DNA of 64,000 nucleotides from Bacteriovoracia bacterium. Its GTDB lineage: Bacteria > Bdellovibrionota > UBA1018 > JBFWNL01. Under the pieces are notes generated by a model. The model ran no database searches and was not told the DNA's origin. It worked only from the letters and a program-made list of their open reading frames with translations. Location: NCBI GenBank assembly GCA_050251055.1, contig JBFWNL010000007.1:32001-96000 (forward strand), written 5' to 3'. The position numbers were made by a program, and so were the translations under genes. Shown in pieces: positions 27,955-37,143 of this stretch (positions within the stretch are counted from its first letter, which is position 1; the number at the start of each line of letters is the position of its first letter).

Positions 27955-29378
27955 TTGCGGCTGCTCAAATAGGTAACGAGGTCGATCTTGGTCAGGATCG
28001 CGATCAGCTGGTTCGATTTGTTTGGATCCGTCACGAGCGGCGTCTTGCCCGCCGTCACGAGCTGCGAAATACGCTCGACGCTGTCGGTGGGCTTCACGAA
28101 CTCGATCGAGGATTCCATGAGCGTCTCGACGTTGTCGTTGCTCTTGGCCTTGCCGCTATAGAGCGCACGCAGCAGATTCCCCTCGGTGACGATGCCCTTG
28201 ATCCAGCCGTCTCCGTCGGAGATGGGGAGCTGGCTGATGCCCTTGTCCTTCATCATCTGGACAATGGCCGAAACTTTATCCGTGGGTTTTCCCATCACGA
28301 TGGAGCCCCCCGCCGCCGGCTGGCCGGCCGGCAATGCCACGCGGAGGATGTCGGCCACCGTGCCGAGCGAGGGCGCATCGAGAAAGCCCGCTTCGCGCAT
28401 CCAATCGTCATTATACAGCTTCGACAGGTAACGGTTGCCGCTGTCCGGCAGGATGACGAGCACGTTCTTGCCCTTCATCTTTTCGCCCTGAGCCTGAACC
28501 CACTTCAAAGCGCCCACCACGGCCGAGCCGCTGGAGATCCCCGAGTAGATGCCCTCCTTGAGTAGCAGCTCGCGCGCCATCAGGAAGGATTCCTTGTCTT
28601 CCACCTGGACCATGTCGTGCACGACCGAAAGGTCGTAATTCTTAGGGATGAAATCTTCGCCGATACCTTCGATCTTGTACGAGAACGCCGGCGTCATCTT
28701 GCCGGTTTTGAAATAATTGTAAACGAGCGATCCGACCGGATCGACGGCGACTACTTTGGCTTTCGATTTCGCGTCCCGGAAATGCATTCCGATCCCGCAC
28801 ACGGTGCCGCCGGTGCCGATGCCGGCCACCATATAATCGAGATCCGGCATTTGGCGCAGGATCTCCGGGCCAGTGGTATTCAGGTGGCAGTCGCGGTTCG
28901 CGAGGTTGTCGTACTGATTGACGTAGATCGCGTTCGGGGTTTCTTTCGCGAGCCGGCGCGAGACTTGATAATAGCTACGGGGGTCTTCGAATTCCACGTC
29001 CGTCGGCGTGACCACGACCTTTGCGCCGAACGCGCGCAGGGCGCGGATTTTTTCTTCCGACATTTTGTCGGGCAGCACGAATACGCACTGGTATCCTTTA
29101 ATCGCGGACGCGATGGCCAGGCCCACGCCCGTGTTACCGCTGGTGCCTTCAACGATGGTGCCGCCGGGTTTCAGCACGCCGCGCTTTTCGGCGTCTTCGA
29201 TGAGCCAGTAGCCGATGCGGTCTTTGATAGATCCGCCGGGATTCATGTATTCCAATTTCGCGTACACGTTCGCGACGCAGCCCTTGGCGACCTTATTGAG
29301 CTTCACGATCGGAGTATTGCCGATCGTCTGAATGATGTTGTCGAACACGCTTTTTTGCACCGCGCTTTTTTCTAACAT
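27951..29378 (-). CDS. cbs: Cystathionine beta-synthase with C-terminal CBS domains
   Basis: KLEYMNPGGSIKDRI, TSGNTG, GTGGT, IEGIG and PDSGNRYLSK motifs; CBS pair. Confidence 0.88.
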   Translation of the reverse strand: MLEKSAVQKSVFDNIIQTIGNTPIVKLNKVAKGCVANVYAKLEYMNPGGSIKDRIGYWLIEDAEKRGVLKPGGTIVEGTSGNTGVGLAIASAIKGYQCVFVLPDKMSEEKIRALRAFGAKVVVTPTDVEFEDPRSYYQVSRRLAKETPNAIYVNQYDNLANRDCHLNTTGPEILRQMPDLDYMVAGIGTGGTVCGIGMHFRDAKSKAKVVAVDPVGSLVYNYFKTGKMTPAFSYKIEGIGEDFIPKNYDLSVVHDMVQVEDKESFLMARELLLKEGIYSGISSGSAVVGALKWVQAQGEKMKGKNVLVILPDSGNRYLSKLYNDDWMREAGFLDAPSLGTVADILRVALPAGQPAAGGSIVMGKPTDKVSAIVQMMKDKGISQLPISDGDGWIKGIVTEGNLLRALYSGKAKSNDNVETLMESSIEFVKPTDSVERISQLVTAGKTPLVTDPNKSNQLIAILTKIDLVTYLSSRK

Positions 29379-29495
29379 GCGCCGACTATCGCTGATTTGG
29401 TACTTCAGGACAAGGAGGCATTCGGACCTTGACCGTTACGGATTCTTTGGCATATTGAACTGGATAAAAACAGACGGTTAAAGGGGAAGGGGATT

Positions 29496-30038
29496 TTGGG
29501 AATGAAGCTTATTTTAGCGATGGTCATTGGTATCCTTTGTGCCGTGACGCTTCAAGCTTGGGGCGCCGAGATACCGGCTACCTCCCTGGTCTCTGCAGAT
29601 TCCTTATCCAATATTCACTCCGGCAACTGGAACGTGGGAGGGTCGATCGATTTCGCGAAGAATTCTGGTCGCCGCAACGATTCCTCAGAATTCAACACGG
29701 TGTTTACCGCGAAGTACTTTCTTGTCGATCGCTTCGCATTGGGGTTGGCGGGCGGGGTGGACGTAGAAACCGGTGAAGATACGGTTGCGACGGTCGGTCC
29801 GGCGGTAAGCTACGTGTTTTGGACCAACGAGAAGTTAGCCGCTTCTATAGGTTCGTCGATACGCGTCGGACTCACCGACGCCACCGTTAGCTCGGTCGTG
29901 GGCTTTGATTTGGGTTTCAACTATTTCATTACGCCATCGGTCGCACTTGGACCATCGCTGTTCTACAACCATTATAACTCCCGTTCTCGTGACTATTCCC
30001 GTTACGGGATGTCGATGGGGCTGGGGATTTACCTCTAA
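29496..30038 (+). CDS. Small outer-membrane beta-barrel protein
   Basis: Signal peptide; YFLVDRFALG, NYFITPSVALG and GLGIYL strands. Confidence 0.75.
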   Translation: MGMKLILAMVIGILCAVTLQAWGAEIPATSLVSADSLSNIHSGNWNVGGSIDFAKNSGRRNDSSEFNTVFTAKYFLVDRFALGLAGGVDVETGEDTVATVGPAVSYVFWTNEKLAASIGSSIRVGLTDATVSSVVGFDLGFNYFITPSVALGPSLFYNHYNSRSRDYSRYGMSMGLGIYL

Positions 30039-30042
30039 AGTT

Positions 30043-31155
30043 TCACAGCGGGGTCACGGTCCGCACCGTGAACAGCGATTTAATTTGAGCAGAAGTCGAG
30101 ATCGTTCCCTGGGACGTCAATTTCGGGGGATCTGAACTCAAGAGAAAAAGCTCCAGCCCCGAACCCGATCCATCCGCGGCCATGACCCATTGTTCGGTGG
30201 GATCCACCACCAAGGCGCCTGCCTGGGCGAGCGCTGAGTCCACGATACTTGTTCCGATATAGACGCGGGAGACCCCGGTTTCGGCCCGTGAATAAACGTA
30301 ACTCGATAGGGAGGAAACCCAAACGGGGCCATAAAACTCGCCCGCCGCGGAAGACGTGAAGGTCCGACCTTGGCCGGCCGAGGTGAGCGTGGCGTTCGCG
30401 GCGTCTAAAGTCATCGTGTCGAAGAACTTACCGAGTACACCGGAAAAATATTCGCCGGCCACCGCGAATTCGCTGCGATCCGGATTGAAGCCGACGGCGA
30501 CGGGTAAGGTCGCCACGGCGAGGGTGGGGTAAATGGTGAATGGCGATCCGGCGACCGTTTCGAAGCTGCGGCTCGTGTCGTTCCATTGGTAAGTGACCAG
30601 GTGTCCGGTTCCATAACGTACGACGGTTAAGATACCCGCGCTCGGAGCCAAGGCGGCGGGGTGCCGGCGGCCGGGGTTGATCGTGAAGCCAAGGGCTTTG
30701 GTTCCCAGGTGGGCGAGGATTCCCGAACCCGAGTCGAGTGAATAGACGGCGAAAGCGGTGTTACAGATTTGAATGAGTAGATCCCGAACTGGATCGACGA
30801 TCAGCTGCAGGGTCGGGGTACAGGCCATGGGAACGGATGCGGTGGCGGTTTCCTCCATCGAGAACACGTTGCGAGTATCCCGGTATCGGTAGGTTTCGAA
30901 CGAGGTCGGGCGTTGCAGCACCAAAAAATCCCCCAAGGCGGTGCCAAAATTAAATATCTCGCTGATCGAGCCCGCGGACTGAGTGGTGAGCTGGCCCGTG
31001 GTGGGGTTCCACTCGTGCAGTTCGGCGCCTGCCGAGCTAACGAGGGCAAGGTAGGTTTTTTGCCGGACCGGGAACTTGAAATTCGCGCTGCATTGGGAAA
31101 GCGCGGGCGCGAGCAGAAGCAAGCAAGCGAACTGTAAGAAGCGAGAGATCCTCAG
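30043..31155 (-). CDS. Beta-propeller (lactonase-like) lipoprotein
   Basis: Repeated blade patterns (VDP, VAGSPFT); lipobox LSQ|C; start uncertain (TTG 31122 or CTG 31155). Confidence 0.55.
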   Translation of the reverse strand: MRISRFLQFACLLLLAPALSQCSANFKFPVRQKTYLALVSSAGAELHEWNPTTGQLTTQSAGSISEIFNFGTALGDFLVLQRPTSFETYRYRDTRNVFSMEETATASVPMACTPTLQLIVDPVRDLLIQICNTAFAVYSLDSGSGILAHLGTKALGFTINPGRRHPAALAPSAGILTVVRYGTGHLVTYQWNDTSRSFETVAGSPFTIYPTLAVATLPVAVGFNPDRSEFAVAGEYFSGVLGKFFDTMTLDAANATLTSAGQGRTFTSSAAGEFYGPVWVSSLSSYVYSRAETGVSRVYIGTSIVDSALAQAGALVVDPTEQWVMAADGSGSGLELFLLSSDPPKLTSQGTISTSAQIKSLFTVRTVTPL

Positions 31156-32459
31156 GCTAAACCCGCCTTACCCCCGCGGGCTTGGGCAACCTCGAGTCCG
31201 GCGGCCAAGGCGGAGAGGCGGGCAATCGAGCCGTACACGAGCTGCATATGGCACTTAGGAAGGCCTTCGGCTTTGCCGACCGTACTTTCCGGTAGGTACT
31301 TCTCGAGATCCTGCATGCAAAGCTTGCGGAAGATCATGCCGGCGGAGTTTAGATTGTCCTCGCTGCCGCGTTCCGTGTTCATGCGGATAAACCCCCCGAG
31401 CAGATCGCAGCCCATCAGATAGACCACGGGTTCGGCGGCGTTGTTATCCAGGCTCAGGGCGGTGGGAATTCCCTCTTGTACGACCAGGCTATCTACGCGG
31501 GATCGGTTCTTGCCTACGCTCATCTTGTTCTTTTCCCGGCGGTTCAGGCGATTCAGCTCGTCGGCGGAGCGCACGACCATGATGCCCATTCCGTAGGTGC
31601 CCATGTTGTTCTTGATAAACGCGAACGGCTCGCCCTTCACTTCGTACTTGGCGTAAGCCTGCCGCGCCCGGGAGAGAACGCCTTCGACGGCTTTTACCAC
31701 GCGGTCGGTTCCTTCGCCCTCGTTGAGATTCACGTCCAAGACCACTTCCGTGTCGACTTGGATCAGCCAGGGATCGATGTCGACGAGGCCGGCGAACTCC
31801 GCGGCTAGTTCATTGTAGAAGCGGAAGTGATCGCTCTTCTTGCGAGAATGCCAGCCGAGCGCGTGGGTGGGCTGGATCGGCTGCTTCACCTCGTCCAGAG
31901 GTTGGGGATACCCCCCGGAAAAGTCGTTATTCAGAACCACGAAGTCCGGTGTGAAGCCGCCCGCGGAAAGCACGCCGTCTTGGATCTCGATTGGGAAAGC
32001 TTGCAAGGTCTTGTTCGTCGCGGAAACAAGCTGGATCGGCAGCGAGTTGGGAGGTAGTGGGTCGGAAGTGTACCAGCCCAGGCGTACCTCGTATCCCGCT
32101 TTTTCGATGAAGCGCGAGAGGTAGTCCAGGTTTTCGATGTAATAGGCGTTCTGCGTGTGGTTTTCCGGTATGATGAGAACCTTCTTCACCGAGCTCAGGT
32201 TCAAGCGCTTCATCCAGAGTTCCACGTTGCGCTGAAAGGTTCCACTCGCGGCCTTCAGGTCCTCCGAGCAGATGTTGTTGAAACCGGCGGGGTAAAGATT
32301 GCAATCCACCGGCGCGATTTTGTAGCCGGAGTCCCGTAAGTCGGTGGAGCAGTAAAACGGCGGCGGGGCTATGCGCGCCTTCTCTTGGTACCACTGCTTG
32401 ATCTTGGCGTGGTGCTGGTGAAATTTTTCCGCCAATACTTCCCGGGCCGGTTTTGCCAT
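31152..32459 (-). CDS. gshA: Glutamate--cysteine ligase (GshA, ATP-grasp-like type)
   Basis: PPFYCSTDLRDSGYKIAPVDCNLYPAGFNN, ENHTQNAYY, LNNDFSGG, GTYGMGIM and QEGIPT motifs. Confidence 0.88.
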   Translation of the reverse strand: MAKPAREVLAEKFHQHHAKIKQWYQEKARIAPPPFYCSTDLRDSGYKIAPVDCNLYPAGFNNICSEDLKAASGTFQRNVELWMKRLNLSSVKKVLIIPENHTQNAYYIENLDYLSRFIEKAGYEVRLGWYTSDPLPPNSLPIQLVSATNKTLQAFPIEIQDGVLSAGGFTPDFVVLNNDFSGGYPQPLDEVKQPIQPTHALGWHSRKKSDHFRFYNELAAEFAGLVDIDPWLIQVDTEVVLDVNLNEGEGTDRVVKAVEGVLSRARQAYAKYEVKGEPFAFIKNNMGTYGMGIMVVRSADELNRLNRREKNKMSVGKNRSRVDSLVVQEGIPTALSLDNNAAEPVVYLMGCDLLGGFIRMNTERGSEDNLNSAGMIFRKLCMQDLEKYLPESTVGKAEGLPKCHMQLVYGSIARLSALAAGLEVAQARGGKAGLA

Positions 32460-32468
32460 GGCGATCCC

Positions 32469-33545
32469 TTATTGGAGTTCTTTAAGTGACTTCTCGAGCG
32501 ACTGGACGGCCTCCAGTATAGCGGCGGGGCCGGTTTTTTTCCAGGTTTCCAGTAGGTCGAAAACCTTGCCGCGAAACTCGTTGAAATCGGCCACGAGAAC
32601 CTGGCGGAGCTCGTCACGATATCGCTGTAACTCGATCGCGCTACGCTTTCCGGGGGGCTTCGGCGGGGTCTGCACGAGTCGCGCATAGGCGGCGTAGTCT
32701 TGGGCGAGCGTTTTCTGCGAGTCCTCCACCCATTGCGCGCGTTCTGTAGCGACCGGCGATTCCGCCGCTTTTAAGAGAAAAACGGTGCCTTCCAGTAGGC
32801 AGGTCGCGCGACGCTTCAGCGCGGCTCTGAGGTCTCCTTCTTCTACGCCGTTCTTTTGCACGGCAGGGGAAGGAAGTAACCGACAGGTGCGCAACTTAAA
32901 TTCTTGCTCCAGGCGTACGGCCTCTGCCGTCACGGCGTATTTTTCCGAGCTGGAGTGGGCGAGCTGAGCTTCACTATCCTTATCGAGCGCGAGCAGGGCC
33001 CAGGCCTTCAGCAACAACGCGTTCGCTGGCAGGGAGTGGTCGTTCTGATGCTTGCCCAGCCCGTTGAGCACGTCGAGGGCCGTGAGCAAAGCTTCCTTGG
33101 GCTTGCCGGTTTTTAGCTGGGCGCGGCCCAGCCGGAGGCGGGCGGCATGCCCGGGGTTCGATTTACCCGTCGCGCCGATAAAATATTTCAGGGGTTTCTT
33201 CGCTTCCTCGTACTTGCGCTGCTGCATCAGCACGTCGGCAAGCGTCCAGTGGGCTTCCAGGAAGTGGGGGCTGGCCGGAAATTTCGCGATCAGGCGCTGC
33301 AAGCGAAAGGCGGATTCGCCAAGCTTCCCGCCGCGGATGAGGGTCTGCGCCTCATCCCAGAGTAGCGTCGCCTCGTCGAGAGCGGGTTTTGGCTCCACGA
33401 TGATCGCGCCTTTGTGAGGCGCGGTTACGTCGCGGTTCGTATCTTCCTTCGTGCCGGGGACCGGATTGCGCGGGTCTTCAGCGAACGCCGGCCGTGCCAG
33501 CAGCAGCGCCATCAGAAGGGTCGGGGCCAAATGCCAGTGCAACAT
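32469..33545 (-). CDS. Periplasmic TPR protein (BamD/YfiO-like repeats)
   Basis: Signal peptide ending AFA|E; LIAKFPASP and ARLRLGRAQL TPR patterns. Confidence 0.7.
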   Translation of the reverse strand: MLHWHLAPTLLMALLLARPAFAEDPRNPVPGTKEDTNRDVTAPHKGAIIVEPKPALDEATLLWDEAQTLIRGGKLGESAFRLQRLIAKFPASPHFLEAHWTLADVLMQQRKYEEAKKPLKYFIGATGKSNPGHAARLRLGRAQLKTGKPKEALLTALDVLNGLGKHQNDHSLPANALLLKAWALLALDKDSEAQLAHSSSEKYAVTAEAVRLEQEFKLRTCRLLPSPAVQKNGVEEGDLRAALKRRATCLLEGTVFLLKAAESPVATERAQWVEDSQKTLAQDYAAYARLVQTPPKPPGKRSAIELQRYRDELRQVLVADFNEFRGKVFDLLETWKKTGPAAILEAVQSLEKSLKELQ

Positions 33546-34641
33546 GGAATAAGTCCTCTATGGAATGCACGTCTCTTACGAGCTCGGGCAGCTTATGGAT
33601 TTTTGGCACCGCGTGGGCGCCCTTCAGTTTCGCCAGACGGTTCTGCAGCTCGTCGGTTACCACGCGTTCGCGGTCCTGCAGGGTCCCCACGATTTGGAGG
33701 CCTTGCTGCAAGGGGTCTTCGCCGTGATGGTCTGCACTCTTACTCGGTTCCGCCACCGCGGGCGGGAAGAACCCCAGGGTACGGTTCAGGACCACGCCAT
33801 CGAAGTTGAAGCGCTTTTCGTAAAAAGCGTCGATCAGATGCGTGAACTCGGGAATCGTATCCGGAGTCGCGGTCGTCACCGAGACGAAGCCCACGTCCTC
33901 GGACTCGAGCAGGGCGGTCACGCGATAGAGCTTTTCCATGAAGCGGTCCTGCACTTCAAACAGGGCATTGGCGAATTCGATCAGGTAGCCAATGAAGCCC
34001 GATCCCGTGAAGCTTTCGAGCACGCCGAGCGCTTTCTTCATCGCTACCGACACCAGGCGGTTCGCCGGTACGATGAGCCAACGGATGAATTTTTCCTCGA
34101 AAAGGCGCGTGAGCGTCTGCGAGGCATTCAGAAAGGTGAGGGTGCTTCGATTCGGTGGCGTATCCAGGATGATGCAGTCGTATTCGGAGTCGTGCGCCAT
34201 GGCGTCGAGTTTTTGTAGCGCCATGTATTCGTTCGCCCCGGAAAACTCACTGGCGACCGTTTTGAAAAGCGGGTTGTTGAGCACCATCTCCGCGGTCTTG
34301 GGCGTGGGCGAGAGCGAATGCATGAAGGTTTCAAAGGTTTTACGCGTATCGGGGATCACGGCGAAAAATTTCCCTTCGCCCTCGGCTCCCGCGGGCGGGT
34401 TCCAGCCGAGTTTCGCGCGCGCGGCGGCGAACTGCGCGGTAAGGTCCGTGGGGTGGTCGCTCAAGGCGTCGAGTCCGAGCGAGGTGGCGAGGCGCTTGGC
34501 GGGGTCGATCGTAATCACAAGCGCTCGCTTGCCCAGCATCGCGGCGCGAAGCGCGATCGCCGCGCTGACCGTGGTCTTGCCGACGCCTCCGGTGCCGCAG
34601 GTGATGATGATTCTCCGCCGGGCAATGATATCATCGATCAT
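33478..34641 (-). CDS. ArsA/Get3-family ATPase, second subunit
   Basis: CGTGGVGKTT, TIDPAKRLATSLG and LDTPP motifs; ATGA coupling at 34641. Confidence 0.85.
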   Translation of the reverse strand: MIDDIIARRRIIITCGTGGVGKTTVSAAIALRAAMLGKRALVITIDPAKRLATSLGLDALSDHPTDLTAQFAAARAKLGWNPPAGAEGEGKFFAVIPDTRKTFETFMHSLSPTPKTAEMVLNNPLFKTVASEFSGANEYMALQKLDAMAHDSEYDCIILDTPPNRSTLTFLNASQTLTRLFEEKFIRWLIVPANRLVSVAMKKALGVLESFTGSGFIGYLIEFANALFEVQDRFMEKLYRVTALLESEDVGFVSVTTATPDTIPEFTHLIDAFYEKRFNFDGVVLNRTLGFFPPAVAEPSKSADHHGEDPLQQGLQIVGTLQDRERVVTDELQNRLAKLKGAHAVPKIHKLPELVRDVHSIEDLFHVALAFGPDPSDGAAAGTAGVR

Positions 34642-35516
34642 GCGGAACCCCCCGTGGGTTTCAGTAGCCCGCCGCACACGTCGCGCACGATGCCCCCGTG
34701 GTCGCGCTTAAGCGAGAACGACAGCGACTGATATGGGATCTTGCGCTCCTGCCAGAGCAGCAGGTTGAACTTCTCCAGCTGCGCGCGTTTTTCCACGTAA
34801 TCCCGCGCGGACGCGGCCACCGGGCTTTTCCAGTCGTCCGGATCCTTCACGGCATCGGCAGGGGCCGGCACGTCGGGGAAGCGGCGATTGACTATGTAAT
34901 GGGGCACGCTATCCGGAAACAGCCTTTGCCAGATCTCGGCAAGTTCGAGGCTTTCGCGCAGGGGCATTTCTTCGGCGAGCGCCACGATGAGCGTACCGCT
35001 TTCCTTCGGGTCGCCGAAGGTGCGAAGCATCGCTTCGGCATCTTCGCGGGCCGCCCCGCCGCGGAAGAGTTTGGAGAAATTGTCGGTGCTCTGGAACATT
35101 GCCAGCCCGTGGCCGGTGGAGGGCATGTCGACGACGACGTGGTCGTAGTTCTTGCGCTCCCACCACACCTTGCCCAGCAGCACGAGCTCGTGCACGCCTG
35201 GAGCCGCCTGGGTGATGTACTGGATCAAGGAATTGTTCACGAAGAGCTTGGCGAGCGTCTTCACCTTGATCTTCTGGGTCATGTACTCTTCGAAGGCGGT
35301 GGCGGTGGTGACGTTCACGTGCCAAAGGTTCGGTCCGTGTTGGGTGCGCTCGCCCGGGGTGCGAAACGGATCATCGAAGGTGATCCAGAGCGTGCGCTTG
35401 CCTTGTTCGGAGAGGCCGAGCGCGACCGCCTGCGAAACCGTGGTCTTACCGACGCCGCCCTTGCCGCTGACGAAAAGGATTTTCCGCCGCCAAAAATTGG
35501 AAACAAAATCACTCAT
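34638..35516 (-). CDS. ArsA/Get3-family ATPase, first subunit
   Basis: SGKGGVGKTT, APGVHEL, VDMPSTGH and EEMPLRES motifs; ATGA coupling at 35516. Confidence 0.85.
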   Translation of the reverse strand: MSDFVSNFWRRKILFVSGKGGVGKTTVSQAVALGLSEQGKRTLWITFDDPFRTPGERTQHGPNLWHVNVTTATAFEEYMTQKIKVKTLAKLFVNNSLIQYITQAAPGVHELVLLGKVWWERKNYDHVVVDMPSTGHGLAMFQSTDNFSKLFRGGAAREDAEAMLRTFGDPKESGTLIVALAEEMPLRESLELAEIWQRLFPDSVPHYIVNRRFPDVPAPADAVKDPDDWKSPVAASARDYVEKRAQLEKFNLLLWQERKIPYQSLSFSLKRDHGGIVRDVCGGLLKPTGGSA

Positions 35517-36430
35517 TTCGAGTGGATCCACTCCACGGGGATGCCAGCGCCTTCCAGTCGCGCACGCTCCGCGTTAGTCAAGCCGCCGTCCAAGTTGAGT
35601 ACGAAGCGGCGCGTGCCATCCGATGCGTCCTGGCTAAATCCACTCAGCGCTTTGGCCGAAGGGACGCGTTCCTTGGAGATCCAAGCCAAGCGGGGGATTT
35701 GAGCGGGGGGAAACTGCGGCCAGAGCGAAGGCGAAACGTCGAAATCTGTTTCCATCGCGACTTCTTCGAGATTTTTGATGTTCGCCAGGTATTCGAGGTT
35801 TTGCGCCGACGGCGTCGCGCCCCGGACGCGGATGCGTTTGGGGTGGGGCGTGAGATTCATCACGTCCATGTGGGAATACCAGGGCCAGTAGTCGGTCACG
35901 AAAAGCAGGCGCGTTTTCGCCGGCAGGGCGTTGAGCATATCCCGGTGCTCGTAGGCGGGGAACTTCGCGGTGTTGAAGCTGACGGAAAACTCGGACTTCA
36001 AATCGCGCAGGGACGCGACCTCTTCGGTCCGCGGGAATTCGGTAAACGAGAATACGATCCGTGGAAATGAGATTTCATTGAGCGCCTTTACTTGTTTGGC
36101 GTTCGGGGCTAGGGCGCCCAGGTAGACGAATTCGGCGCCGGCTTCCGCGAGTTCGCGCCACGCGCGGCCGGTTTCCCCCGAAGCAGGATAGAAAGCCGAC
36201 TCCATTCGCAGTCGTCCCGCTGCCGCGAGTTTCTTCAAGCTTAAGACTTGGCCAGCCGTTGGGTTTTCCACCTCGATCAGAAAGGACGGGCTTCCGCCCT
36301 GGGCCACCCACTCGTCGATTTGTCGCGGCGTGGGCACACCTTTGTAATAGAAAGTTTCGCTCAGCGGGTTTGGGGATAGGTTTACGGCGAGGAAAAGCCC
36401 GTAAAACACGGGCATAAGGGATGGCGTCAT
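35513..36430 (-). CDS. Exported hypothetical protein, possibly repeat/solenoid
   Basis: N-terminal hydrophobic segment; recurring P-x-x-x-x-x-x-x-L-x-x-L units; coupled to the ATPase pair. Confidence 0.55.
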   Translation of the reverse strand: MTPSLMPVFYGLFLAVNLSPNPLSETFYYKGVPTPRQIDEWVAQGGSPSFLIEVENPTAGQVLSLKKLAAAGRLRMESAFYPASGETGRAWRELAEAGAEFVYLGALAPNAKQVKALNEISFPRIVFSFTEFPRTEEVASLRDLKSEFSVSFNTAKFPAYEHRDMLNALPAKTRLLFVTDYWPWYSHMDVMNLTPHPKRIRVRGATPSAQNLEYLANIKNLEEVAMETDFDVSPSLWPQFPPAQIPRLAWISKERVPSAKALSGFSQDASDGTRRFVLNLDGGLTNAERARLEGAGIPVEWIHSK

Positions 36431-36531
36431 GTTCTGGTCAGGGAACCATAACCCCCCTTTCGTTTCAATTATAAACTATGGTAAATACAGAAGTCTGAAG
36501 ACGTCTGAATCAGATTCGAAAGGATAACGCA

Positions 36532-37143
36532 ATGCGCTCAAAATCTGCAAAACTCTCGCTCGTCCTAGCGGTCACCACGCTGCTCTCGTTCGCGACGGCC
36601 TGTGGCCCGAAGGCTTTCACCAAGGGAGAGTACGATGATCCGACGCGCGTCGAGCTGCTTGATGACCGCTTTAACGAAGCCGACATGCAGCAAATGGCCG
36701 ACACGATCGTGAAAGCGATGGTCGCATGCGGTTATATCGCCAACGCGAAGACCCCGCCGATCGTGATCGTGGAGCGCGTGCAGAACCGCACCGAGGAGCA
36801 CATCGATACTGTTTCCATGACGGACAAAATCCGCACGGCGTTGATCAAAACGAACAAAGTTCGTTTCGTGAACAAGCAGCAACGCGAGACCCTGGAAGAC
36901 GAATACAAGTACAACGAAGGCGGCAACGTCTCGGAAGTTTCCCAGAAGAAGCGCGGCAGGCAGATCGGCGCCGATTATATCTTCGAGGGCGCGCTGGCGA
37001 CGAACATCCAGGAAGTGGGCGGCGATAAGCTGATCTACTACAAGCTGACGATGAATCTCACGAACCTGGAGACTTCCACGATTGACTGCACGGAAGAACG
37101 CGAGATCCGTAAGAAGTTCAAGAAGCAACATGTAGGGTTGTGA
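36532..37143 (+). CDS. lpoB: Penicillin-binding protein activator LpoB-like lipoprotein
   Basis: Lipobox ATA|C; VQNRTEEHIDT, IGADY and YYKLTMNLTNLET motifs. Confidence 0.8.
   Translation: MRSKSAKLSLVLAVTTLLSFATACGPKAFTKGEYDDPTRVELLDDRFNEADMQQMADTIVKAMVACGYIANAKTPPIVIVERVQNRTEEHIDTVSMTDKIRTALIKTNKVRFVNKQQRETLEDEYKYNEGGNVSEVSQKKRGRQIGADYIFEGALATNIQEVGGDKLIYYKLTMNLTNLETSTIDCTEEREIRKKFKKQHVGL

Noticed and set aside
33478-35516. Arsenic resistance operon
   Set aside because: No arsB/acr3/arsC/arsD and no metal-binding Cys pattern; the ArsR at 7591 is tied to feo.
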